DNA of 49,909 bases, counting the filler, from Actinomycetota bacterium (lineage in GTDB: Bacteria > Actinomycetota > Actinomycetes > JAKEEW01), in NCBI GenBank assembly GCA_046725875.1. It is 2 parts of 2 records of this genome, joined end to end, with 100 filler letters (N's around TTAATTAATTAA, not from the genome) between each part and the next. Parts side by side here need not be neighbours in the genome. Positions count along the whole stretch, not along the records: positions 1 to 31,505 come from JBKOZJ010000195.1; positions 31,606 to 49,909 come from JBKOZJ010000196.1. One strand, written 5' to 3'. Shown here in pieces: positions 30,544 to 39,655 of this stretch; position 1 is the first letter of the stretch; each line of letters starts with the position of its first letter. The notes beneath the pieces were generated by a model. The model was not told the origin of the DNA, did no database searches, and was given only the letters and a program-made list of their open reading frames with translations. A program made the position numbers and the translations under genes.

Positions 30544-31505
30544 TCACAGCCGGCCTCCGCCGGCTCGCAAGCGATCTCCCCGCTCACGTGGCCATACGTT
30601 TCCTGCCGTTGCCGCACTTGCGGCGTTGGCGGCGATGATGCTGTCAGCGAGCGCGGTTCGCCGGTACAGGACGCGTCGTCCGGCACGCCAGGAGGTGGCC
30701 AGGCCACTGCGGCGCAGGACGGCCAGGTGTTGGCTCACGGCCGGCGGGCTCTGACCCAACTTGATCGCGAGCTCAGTGGTGGTCATGGGCACGGCAAGGT
30801 TGGTAAGAACCGCCGCGCGGCTGCGGCCGATTAGCGCGGCCAGCGGTTCTTCGTCTGTCATGGCCGCCCCCGCTTGGCACCAGGGGTTGCCGAGGCCACG
30901 CGCGGCGTAGCTCAGACTGCACGGACGGTCCCGAGCGTGGGCGAAAACGACCTTGCCGACGAAGAACACTGAGGGCACGAGTCTGAGGCCGACACCGGCG
31001 AGATCTGCCTCCGACACCAGGCAAGCCTTGTCGATGCGCAGGACGTCCCCGGCAACGGTGATCGACTCGTGCAGCCCGGCGAGCATCTCGCCGACACCAC
31101 TCTTGGTGAGTTCAGCCGCCCGGAACGCGACATCTTCATCGAGAATTGCGCGGATCGAACGCCAATGTGGTTCAAGCGCGACCGACCAATATCGCCATAG
31201 CGCGTCTGCGAGCCGACCGGGCCCGCCGGGGTCATCCACGACCTTCCGTGCGGGTTCCGGGATCGATTCGCCCTGCCAGACCTCGATCGGTTTGCCGTGC
31301 CAGACCTCTGCGACTTGACGGCGTAGCTCGGTTGCCGGCATCCCAGCCACAAGCTTCAGCTGATCCTCGATCGTGGTTGCCGTTCCGGAGACCCCAGTGA
31401 ACAGCAAGTCCGCGAAGAACGGCCGGGGTGGGACGATCGCGGCAAGGAGCTCCATGTCTACCCGATGCAGGTCCTCCCGGATTGTGGCAAACCAGGCCCG
31501 ATGCA
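30544..31505 (-). CDS. Second DUF5937-ArsR regulator, 5' end lost in gap
   Basis: LVPSVF, ALIGRSRA.VL..PMTTTELA..SPPAVSQHLAVLRRSGL..WRAGRRVLY. Confidence 0.88.
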
Positions 31506-31605
31506 NNNNNNNNNNNNNNNNNNNNNNNNNNNNNNNNNNNNNNNNNNNNTTAATTAATTAANNNNNNNNNNNNNNNNNNNNNNNNNNNNNNNNNNNNNNN
31601 NNNNN
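31506..31605. other. Artificial contig linker
   Basis: 44 N + TTAATTAATTAA (stops in all six frames) + 44 N. Confidence 0.98.
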
Positions 31606-31640
31606 CGCGCCGGTATGGTTTCGCCAGAAATCTCCTGACT

Positions 31641-31666
31641 GGAACCGCGACCGCTGCCGGCCCGTA
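31641..31666 (+). promoter_or_regulatory. Probable ECF autoregulated promoter
   Basis: GGAAC-N17-CGTA directly upstream of the ECF gene. Confidence 0.6.
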
Positions 31667-31705
31667 CATCCTTAGCGGCGGCCGCCCGAGCGGGAGGAGC
31701 CCGCG

Positions 31706-32266
31706 ACGGACGACGCAACGGCGCTCGATCGCTCCCGGGCAGGCGACCTGGAGGCCTACGGGCTCCTGGTTGCTCGCTACACCCCGGCCGCGCATCGGAC
31801 GGCGGTGCTGCTCGGAGCGGGAGACGACGCCGACGACGTCGTACAGGAGGCGTTCGTGAGGGCCTTCAATGCGCTCGGTTCGTTTCGGACACAGGCGTCG
31901 TTCCGCCCCTGGCTGCTGCAGATCGTCGCCAACGAGACCATGAACCTTCACCGGGCTCGCCGCCGGGGCGCCGACCTTCAGCTGAGACTGTCCACGCACA
32001 ATCCGCCACCGCCAGCCGACGCCGATCCGGAGACGGCGGCGGTGAGCGATGACCGGCGCAGCATCCTGCTCGACGCGGTCAGGCAGCTCCCGCACAAGGA
32101 CCAGCTCGTGATCACTTGCCGCTACTTCCTCGAGCTGAGCGAGGCCGAGACGGCGCAGGTCCTCGGCTGGCCGCCCGGCTCGGTCAAGTCCCGGCTATCC
32201 CGAGCGCTCGGGCGGTTGCGCGACCGTTTGGGCGCACCGCTGGGGGAGGAGGTGCCGGGTGCCTGA
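31706..32266 (+). CDS. ECF sigma-70 factor (start inferred at ACG 31706; first canonical start is GTG 31805)
   Basis: DD.TALDRSRAGDLEAYG.LV.RY, DADDVVQEAF, FRPWLLQIVAN, SEAETAQVLGWPPGSVKSRLSRA. Confidence 0.9.
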   Translation, partial: TDDATALDRSRAGDLEAYGLLVARYTPAAHRTAVLLGAGDDADDVVQEAFVRAFNALGSFRTQASFRPWLLQIVANETMNLHRARRRGADLQLRLSTHNPPPPADADPETAAVSDDRRSILLDAVRQLPHKDQLVITCRYFLELSEAETAQVLGWPPGSVKSRLSRALGRLRDRLGAPLGEEVPGA

Positions 32267-33065
32267 GCACATCGACGATCTCGAGCGGCAGCTAGCCGAG
32301 CTCGGCCGGCATCTCGCCGTGCCACCTGCGCCGGATCTTGTGTACGGCGTGAAGCAGCGCATCGCGGCCGAGCAAACCGACGGCGGCCTGCCCGCGCGGC
32401 AGCCGGCGTCGACATGGCTCCCGTGGTGGCGGCGATCGCGGGTCGTGCAGGCAGCGACCGCCTTGGTCCTCGTTTTCGCGGTGCTCCTCCTAGCATCACC
32501 GCAGGTCAGAGCTGCGGTGGCAGATGTGCTTCGGGTTGCGGGCATCGACATCCACCGCGAGCCCGCTCCAATGCAGCCGAAACCGGGGCAGTTGCCCACA
32601 CTGCCCGGAGAGCGGGTGGTCTCACTCGACGAGGCCCGGAAGGCGGCGGACTTCGACATCCAGGTCCCGGCTGCACTCGGCCCGCCAGATGAGGTACGGC
32701 TCGCCGATGGCGAACCGCCGCGAGTCGTCACGCTTGCGTATCGTGCTGCGCCCGGCCGGCCGGACCCAGACCCCGCGACCCAAGTGGCGGTTCGAATCGA
32801 TGAGTTCGCCGGCACAATCTCACCGATCTACGAGAAGTACGGCGCGGAGGACGCGGAGCCGCTCCTCGTCGGAGGAGCCCTTGCGATCTGGGTGCCACAC
32901 CCACATACGCTCGTCTACGTGGATCGCAGCGGTCACATCCGACAGGAGGCCGCTCGGATGGCAGCACAGACGTTGATCTGGCAGGTGGGCACCACCACGC
33001 TGCGTATGGAGGGGGAACTCACCAAAAGCGATGCCATAGCGATCGCTCGTTCGACGATCCCATGA
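32259..33065 (+). CDS. Putative membrane-anchored anti-sigma factor
   Basis: Overlaps sigma stop; short cytoplasmic N-terminus, one TM segment, extracytoplasmic domain ending TLIWQ..TLRMEG.LTK.DAIAIARS. Confidence 0.7.
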   Translation: MPEHIDDLERQLAELGRHLAVPPAPDLVYGVKQRIAAEQTDGGLPARQPASTWLPWWRRSRVVQAATALVLVFAVLLLASPQVRAAVADVLRVAGIDIHREPAPMQPKPGQLPTLPGERVVSLDEARKAADFDIQVPAALGPPDEVRLADGEPPRVVTLAYRAAPGRPDPDPATQVAVRIDEFAGTISPIYEKYGAEDAEPLLVGGALAIWVPHPHTLVYVDRSGHIRQEAARMAAQTLIWQVGTTTLRMEGELTKSDAIAIARSTIP

Positions 33066-33501
33066 TTTGCCGACGCACATCACAGTGTCGCAGGGCGCTC
33101 GTCTCTGCCCCAGCAGTCGATTCTGGGCCACGCCTTGCCGGCGCCACCGCGCAGCGCGGGGCCGGGTGAGCTTCGTAACGAGACTTGCCGTGATCTTGCT
33201 CGGCCATTTACACCGTCGAGGAGCCGATTCAGGCCGCGGCCCTGCCCATCCAAGGAACCACGATCAAGCGCCGGAGACCCCCCGCGCAGCCGCGCCCGCT
33301 CGCCTCCGGTCCACCCGGACATCGATCTCGAGGACGCGTTGCCCAGGTAAGGGCTCCGTACCCCGAGTAAGTGGGGAACAGAGCCACGACCTAAGGGACC
33401 TCTGCCAGGGTCGACCTGATCTGCTGATGTCCGGGTGACCACCTCAGCACGAGGCTTGGTGTCAGACAACGAAAGGCAACGGCACCAAGGAGAGGCTGAT
33501 C

Positions 33502-33609
33502 ATGAACCACGAGGCCGTTCTACAAGCTGAGATGAACTACCGGCAGCATCGTTTCCTGGAGGAGGCGGAGGCGGACCGGGCCGCCCGGCAGGTCCGCAAG
33601 GCCAAGTAG
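33502..33609 (+). CDS. Small 35-aa protein MNHEAVLQAEMNYRQHRFLEEAEADRAARQVRKAK
   Basis: AAGGAGAGG RBS, GC3-biased codons, below ORF-track cutoff. Confidence 0.7.
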   Translation: MNHEAVLQAEMNYRQHRFLEEAEADRAARQVRKAK

Positions 33610-33662
33610 CGACCACAGACAAGATTGGTCGGGCCACTCACTTGTCAGTGGACTATGTCAGC

Positions 33663-36662
33663 ATGGCGGACATGCCGCGACTTGGCTCGGGCATTCCGCT
33701 GGTCGCCCGCCAGGCGGAGCTACGGACACTGCGGGACGCCCTGGACCGGGCACGGTTCGGGCGGCCCAGTGCCGTGCTGCTGTCCGGAGATGCGGGAGTT
33801 GGTAAGTCCCGCCTCCTGACTGAACTCGTCACGTCGGTCAACGAGGACGGTGAGGCCGCGTTCGTGGGCCGCTGTCTTGATACGGCCGAGGCCATGCTGC
33901 CATACCTGCCCTTCGCGGAGGCGATCCGCCAGATTGCGGCGTATGACATCGAGCTGATCGGCCGGCACCCGGCACTCGCGCGGCTGCTGCCCGAACAGCA
34001 AGGCCGACCGGACCCTCGGGGCGTCAGCCAAGACCTGGGCCAGCTCCAGCTCTTCGAAGCGGTACACGCGGCGCTAAGCGAGCTCGCAACTGATCGAACG
34101 ATCCTGCTGGCGATCGAGGACCTGCATTGGGCCGACCGTTCGAGTCGTGACCTACTCGCCTTCCTACTCGCCCGACTCTCGGGGCAGCGACTGCTTGTGG
34201 TCGGTACATTCCGCTCCGACGACCTCCACCGCCGGCACCCCTTGCGGCCGTTGTTGACCGAGCTGGTCCGGCTGCCTTCCGTCGACCGCCTCCACCTCGA
34301 ACCGTTTCCGCTCGTCGATGCCGAAACCTTCGTACGGACACTGGCGGACCAGACGCTCCCTGACGAAGTTGTACGGGGAATCGCCGAGCGCTCGGAGGGC
34401 AACGCGTTCATGGCCGAGGAGCTGCTTTCCGCGTCACCGGGGGACGTTCCGCGTGAACTCGCCGACGTGCTGCTGGCTCGGGTCGAACGGCTATCCCCGG
34501 TCACCCAGCAGGTCGTCCGGCTGGCGTCGGTGATCGGGCGCCGATTTACTCATGAGCGCCTTAGCGCCGCTTCTGAAATTCCAGGCGACGAGCTGGACCA
34601 TGCGCTACGAGAAGCTGTCGCGCACAATGTCGTCGTCACCGAGGAATCAGGTGAGGCGTATTCCTTCCGGCATGCGCTGCTCCATGAGGCGGTCTACTCC
34701 GATCTGCTACCCGGTGAACGATCTCGGTTGCACGCACAGGTCGCTAGGGCGTTGGCTGGTGACGATCGCCCGGGAGCCGCGGCCGAGCTGGCCCACCACA
34801 GCATGCAGAGTCACGATCTCCGTGGTGCGCTCGCGGCATCGGTCCGGGCGGCGAGCGAGGCGGACGAGGTTGGCGCGCCCGCGGAGATGCTGGTGCATGC
34901 CGAACGCGCCCTGCAGTTGTGGTCGGCTGTCGACCTGCCCGACAGCGTCAGCGGGATCGACCTGCTAACACTGACACGATGGGCGGCGCGAGCCGCCGCC
35001 GAGTCCGGCGAGCCGGATCGTGCGATCGCGCACAGCCGAGGCGCAATCGAGCTCGTCGACAAGAGAGGCGACGCGCTTGCAGCGGCCGAGCTGCGCTGCA
35101 TGTATGTGGAGTACCTGTTCACGCTTGACGGCACTGTGCAGCGTGCGTACGACGCCGCACGGGACGCCTGGGAGCTGGTCGCCGATCGGGAGCCGAGCGC
35201 GGTAAAGGCGCGGGCTCAGGCGGCGTTGGCCCGTGCATGTATGCAGCTCGGTCGGGACGACGAAGCCGGTGACCTCGCCACGGCGGCGCTGGAGACCGCA
35301 CGGGCGGTACCAGGCGAGGGCCCCCAGACCGCGGTCGAGGCCGACGCGCTCGTCACGCGCACCCTCGTGGTGGACTTCAAGCACGACGGACTCGATCAGG
35401 CGCTGGAGCATCTCGGGGATGCGATCGCACTTGCTGCCAAGGTGGGCGCCCACGACGTGGAGCTGCGGGCGCGCTTCAACCGGTGTGCGGTGCTGCTCGA
35501 GGAGGCCGGCCGCCTGCCCGACGCGCTGGCCGAGCTTGACGCCGCGGTTGAGCGTGCGGCGACCACCGGGCGCACGTGGAGCGGGTACGGGCTCGAGCTG
35601 CGTGTCCTGCAGGTGATCGGCCGATTCATCGCCGGAGAATGGGATGGTTCCGAGGCGGCCAGCGAACTCGCCGGAGAGGCTACCTCGAGCACGGTCGTAA
35701 CACGGGTATCGGCTGCCGGACTGCTGGTCGCCGTCGGCCGGGGAGAGGTTGACCTGGCCGAGCGCCGGCTGGCGCACCTAAGGGATCGATGGCGGCTCGA
35801 CCAGCAGGTGATGACCCTGGTCGGGCATTGTGGCGCCGAGCTGGAGTTGTGGCGCGGGCGACCGGAGCGGGCCGTCGACTATATCGAGCAGGCCTTGCAC
35901 CGACTACATCAGACGGCTCCCTGGCATTTGGTGGCGCTTTCCCTTTGCGCAGTTGGCATTTGGGCGTACGCCGACCTCGCCGAAGCCATGCGGCGGAGCC
36001 GGAATGAGGTTGCCGAACAGCAGGCCGTTGCGGGCGGCGAGACCATCGCTGCATACGCCGCCGACACGATGAGGACTGGTCGGGCGCGGACTACCACGGT
36101 GGGGCCCGAGGGGCGCGCTTGGATGAGCCGAGCTGAGGCAGAGACGACCCGGCTACGTGGAAAGAGCGACCGAGCCGCCTGGCAGGCGGTGATCGACGCC
36201 TTCGGCTATGGCGATATCTATCGACAGGCATATGCACGGTGGCGGCTAGCCGAGGCACTCTTGGCGAGCGGCGAGCGAATCGACCGTGAGGAGGCGGCCG
36301 AGCAGCTCCGGCTCGCTGGCCAAGCGGCGGACGACCTCGGCGCCGCGCCACTGCGCCAGTCGATCGACGAGCTGGCTCGCCGAGCCCGACTGCGTCTGGA
36401 CGACCAAGGCATCACCCATACGGTCACCGACGTGCTCACACCCCGCGAGACGGCGGTGCTGACCCTTGTCGCCGCCGGCCGCACCAACCGCCAGATCGGC
36501 GACGAGCTGTTCATTAGTGAGAAGACGGTCAGCGTGCACCTGAGCCGGGTGATGGCCAAGCTCGGCGCGGCAAGCCGTGCCGAGGCGGTCAGCGCCGCCT
36601 ACACCCAAGGGATCCTCGCCACGGACCGATCGACCAGACGCCGGGAACGCCAAAGCCAGTGA
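33663..36662 (+). CDS. Large ATP-binding LuxR-family regulator (AAA + helical repeats + HTH)
   Basis: GDAGVGKS, IEDLHWAD, SEGNAF, FRHALL, LTPRE..GRTNRQIG.ELFISEKTVSVH. Confidence 0.95.
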   Translation: MADMPRLGSGIPLVARQAELRTLRDALDRARFGRPSAVLLSGDAGVGKSRLLTELVTSVNEDGEAAFVGRCLDTAEAMLPYLPFAEAIRQIAAYDIELIGRHPALARLLPEQQGRPDPRGVSQDLGQLQLFEAVHAALSELATDRTILLAIEDLHWADRSSRDLLAFLLARLSGQRLLVVGTFRSDDLHRRHPLRPLLTELVRLPSVDRLHLEPFPLVDAETFVRTLADQTLPDEVVRGIAERSEGNAFMAEELLSASPGDVPRELADVLLARVERLSPVTQQVVRLASVIGRRFTHERLSAASEIPGDELDHALREAVAHNVVVTEESGEAYSFRHALLHEAVYSDLLPGERSRLHAQVARALAGDDRPGAAAELAHHSMQSHDLRGALAASVRAASEADEVGAPAEMLVHAERALQLWSAVDLPDSVSGIDLLTLTRWAARAAAESGEPDRAIAHSRGAIELVDKRGDALAAAELRCMYVEYLFTLDGTVQRAYDAARDAWELVADREPSAVKARAQAALARACMQLGRDDEAGDLATAALETARAVPGEGPQTAVEADALVTRTLVVDFKHDGLDQALEHLGDAIALAAKVGAHDVELRARFNRCAVLLEEAGRLPDALAELDAAVERAATTGRTWSGYGLELRVLQVIGRFIAGEWDGSEAASELAGEATSSTVVTRVSAAGLLVAVGRGEVDLAERRLAHLRDRWRLDQQVMTLVGHCGAELELWRGRPERAVDYIEQALHRLHQTAPWHLVALSLCAVGIWAYADLAEAMRRSRNEVAEQQAVAGGETIAAYAADTMRTGRARTTTVGPEGRAWMSRAEAETTRLRGKSDRAAWQAVIDAFGYGDIYRQAYARWRLAEALLASGERIDREEAAEQLRLAGQAADDLGAAPLRQSIDELARRARLRLDDQGITHTVTDVLTPRETAVLTLVAAGRTNRQIGDELFISEKTVSVHLSRVMAKLGAASRAEAVSAAYTQGILATDRSTRRRERQSQ

Positions 36663-36698
36663 GGCTCGACGTCATTCCGATCTCTTGAGAGATCATAT

Positions 36699-36775
36699 TG
36701 GGGTGAGTGATGGGACTCGAACCCACGACACCTGGGACCACAACCCAGTGCTCTACCAGCTGAGCTACACCCACC
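36699..36775 (-). tRNA. tRNA-His(GUG)
   Basis: Cloverleaf, CTGGG-TTGTGGT-CCCAG anticodon arm, G-1/C73, encoded CCA. Confidence 0.97.
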
Positions 36776-37165
36776 ATGCGGCTTGTGCCTGAGCAAGTGT
36801 ACCGACGTCGGCCCGCCGACCGCGGCGCTGATCACAACGACGGCAGTCGGCACCGCTATTCCGGTGACCTGCGCTGCGCCTTGCGGTGATCCGGCCTGGG
36901 ATTCACCTGCCTCCTTGATCACCCCAACTTAGCCTGACGCGTGTGCTTTCGTCGTGGTCGCCGGCGTCTGATCGGCCTGCGAGGTCATCTCGCCTTGTCA
37001 CCGGCAGAGAGCGTCGGATTCTGACCCCGTTCTGTCGGTGATCACGGATTGAGCTCCCCTTCGCGGTAGTACAGCCGATGATCAAGCAGTTCTGCTGGTG
37101 ACGGCTGATCATCGACTAACCGGGGTACCACCTCGCGGGATCATGAACTTCCCTCGGAGGCGAGA

Positions 37166-37719
37166 ATGAACATCCACTGGGACGAGGTTCTGCGGCCCGA
37201 CGTGCCCGTTCTCGAGCTGTTTGTTCGCGGGACAGTGATCTACCTTGTCGCATTCCTCCTGCTGCGCAGCTTTCCGCGGGAGAGCGGATCGACGGGCACG
37301 ACGGATCTGCTGGTCCTCGTTTTTATAGCGGACGCGGCACAAAACGGGATGTCCGCGAACTACCAGAGCCTGACCGACGGCATCGTCCTGGTCGCCACCA
37401 TCTTCTTCTGGTCACTCCTGCTGAACGCGGCCGGTTATCGGTGGCAGTGGGCGGCTCGCCTGTCCAAGCCCAGAGCGGTGCTCCTCATCATCCAGGGGGC
37501 CGGATGAACCGCCGGAACATGCGACGTGAGCTGGTCACCGAGGAGGCGCTCATGTCTGAGCTGCGGAAACGAGGAGTTCACGATCTCGGCGATGTCGACA
37601 CCGTGCGGATGGAGCCGGACGGTGCAATCAGCGTCGTCTCCAAAGAGCAGACACCGGGCGGCGGTGGGAAGAGCGATCGTGGGGCGGCCCGGAAGCCCAC
37701 GCGGCACCAAGCGCCATGA
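37166..37719 (+). pseudogene. DUF421/YetF membrane protein, frameshifted at G run near 37495-37499
   Basis: RGTVIY..DLLVLVFIADAAQN; continues in another frame RMNRRNMRRELVT..MEPDGAISV. Confidence 0.85.
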
Positions 37720-37885
37720 ACACAGGGCTTTACGTCTCAGATGGCCTCTTATGTACAGTACAGGCTGAGAATTGGACAATTGGGACCGACGATCACGGTT
37801 ACCCTGCATGAAGCGGCGACCGTGGCATGAAGCGGCGACCTGTCGATGACGGCCAATCCCGCCGCAGAGCGATCGCGGAAACGGG

Positions 37886-38611
37886 CTAACTGGTGAGGTC
37901 GGACGGGTCGGAGCGGACCGGTGGGTCGGTGTGCGCGGCTGAGTCTGCGTGGTTGGCTGGGTCGGCGCGGTCCAGTTGGTCGGCACGGTCCGGTGGCTCC
38001 GCCCGGTCGCGTGGGGGAGTGCCGGTAATCGATGAGGCGATCTCCTTCGCGGTATCCGAGGCGGGCCCAGGCTCTGGCACGAAGATCGTCTGCCGGTAAT
38101 ACCTCAACTCCTGGATGCTCTCTTTGATGTCGGCCAGGGCGCGGTGGTTGCCGGTCTTGTCCGGGGAGTTGAAGTAGGTGCGGGGGTACCAGCGCTTGGC
38201 CAGCTCCTTGATGCTCGACACGTCCACGATCCGATAGTGCAGGTAGCCCTCGAGGGTCGGCATGTCCCGGGCGAGGAAACCGCGGTCCGTGGCGACGGAG
38301 TTGCCGGCAAGCGGGGCCTTACGCGGCTCGGTGACGTGCTGCCTGACATATGACAGCACCATGTCCTCGGCCTCGCCGAGCGTGACTCCGCTGTCGAGTT
38401 CGGCGAGCAGCCCGGAGGCCATGTGCATCGCTCGGACAACGTCGTCCATCTGGTCAACTGCTGCTTGCGGCGGCTTGATCACTACATCCACGCCGTCGCC
38501 GAGAACATTCAGTTCGGCGTCTGTCACCAGCGCCGCGACCTCGATCAACGCGTCGCGGGTCAGGTCAAGGCCGGTCATCTCGCAGTCGATCCAGACCAGG
38601 TAATCGGCCAC
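37886..38611 (-). CDS. orn: Oligoribonuclease with repetitive C-terminal tail
   Basis: [51 protein letters not shown]. Confidence 0.97.
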   Translation of the reverse strand: MADYLVWIDCEMTGLDLTRDALIEVAALVTDAELNVLGDGVDVVIKPPQAAVDQMDDVVRAMHMASGLLAELDSGVTLGEAEDMVLSYVRQHVTEPRKAPLAGNSVATDRGFLARDMPTLEGYLHYRIVDVSSIKELAKRWYPRTYFNSPDKTGNHRALADIKESIQELRYYRQTIFVPEPGPASDTAKEIASSITGTPPRDRAEPPDRADQLDRADPANHADSAAHTDPPVRSDPSDLTS

Positions 38612-38650
38612 ACGCTCCTCGCTTCGCCTCGTGATCTGTAAGTGACCACC

Positions 38651-39625
38651 CTACGCACGCCGGTGTCGTTTTCGCTGATCAGGCGGGTATGCGTCGGGCG
38701 GCTCGGCGGGATACGGAAGGGGGGGTGTTGGGCGAGCTGGGCCCACGTGATCGCCGGGCGCAACATCCCATGGCGGGCGCACATTGTCGGCGTTCTTGTC
38801 CGGGAGCCAGCCTGGGGGCGGTGTCTCCCAATCCGCTTGGTCCGACATGCCGACGCCGCTCGACGGCGCGAGCCAGCCGGCTGGGTCATACGGATCGACC
38901 CCGTTCGGTGGGGCAGGCCGGCCGGCTGGGTCGTACGGGTCGACCCCGTTCGATGGGGCGGGCCAGGCGGCTGCGTCGTATGGATCGACGCCGTTCGGGG
39001 GCCCAGCCCACTGCGCTGAGTCGTACGAATCGACGCGATTCGATTGTCCCGCCCAAGGCTCTGGATCGTACGGACCCACGCCGGTTGGCTGCTCAGCCCA
39101 GGAGACCTGGGGGTAGGGCGAGACTGGGGGCGCACCCGTCTCCCACGGATCCGGTTCGTACGGAATCTCGCCCGGGGGTGCCGCCCCCCAGTGGGTCGGG
39201 TCATATCCGTCGGTGTAGGCCGGGTGCCCCTCCCAGGGGTTGGAGGTGTACGGCGGGCCGGCCGGCGCCTCCCAAGGCGCTGGGCCGTACAGACCGACGT
39301 CCTGCTCCGGCACATCCACCGAGTACGGCGGCTGGATGGGCGGCGGTACTCCCCAGCTCTCGGCCTCGGGATCCGGCGATCCCTCCTGCGCAGCGAGCGG
39401 CGGGTCTTCCACCGCGGCGAGCGGCATCCTCGCCATCCCGACGACCAAATACACCGTCACGGTAACGGCGGCCACGGCAGCACCGCTGATGAGCGCTGCC
39501 CGGACCGTGGAGCCGGTGACGAGCAGCACTACCGGCACGATCACCGCCGCAAACGCGCCCCATCCGATGCACTCCCGGACGAACTCCGGCTGTTCCGGAG
39601 TCGGGGGACCGGGGGGTTTGGGCAC
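38651..39625 (-). CDS. Membrane-anchored protein with Pro/Tyr/Trp-rich repeats
   Basis: Two N-terminal TM segments then low-complexity repeats; co-oriented between add and orn. Confidence 0.7.
   Translation of the reverse strand: MPKPPGPPTPEQPEFVRECIGWGAFAAVIVPVVLLVTGSTVRAALISGAAVAAVTVTVYLVVGMARMPLAAVEDPPLAAQEGSPDPEAESWGVPPPIQPPYSVDVPEQDVGLYGPAPWEAPAGPPYTSNPWEGHPAYTDGYDPTHWGAAPPGEIPYEPDPWETGAPPVSPYPQVSWAEQPTGVGPYDPEPWAGQSNRVDSYDSAQWAGPPNGVDPYDAAAWPAPSNGVDPYDPAGRPAPPNGVDPYDPAGWLAPSSGVGMSDQADWETPPPGWLPDKNADNVRPPWDVAPGDHVGPARPTPPLPYPAEPPDAYPPDQRKRHRRA
38860..39085 (-). repeat. 45-nt (15-aa) tandem repeat, about 5 copies
   Basis: NRVDSYDSAQWAGPP / NGVDPYDAAAWPAPS / NGVDPYDPAGRPAPP / NGVDPYDPAGWLAPS. 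Confidence 0.85.
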
Positions 39626-39655
39626 GAAAGTGACCCTACGGAACCTCTCAGCGAG

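Noticed and set aside
37806..37840. Direct repeat GCATGAAGCGGCGACC x2
   Set aside because: Two copies between convergent gene ends; no functional context
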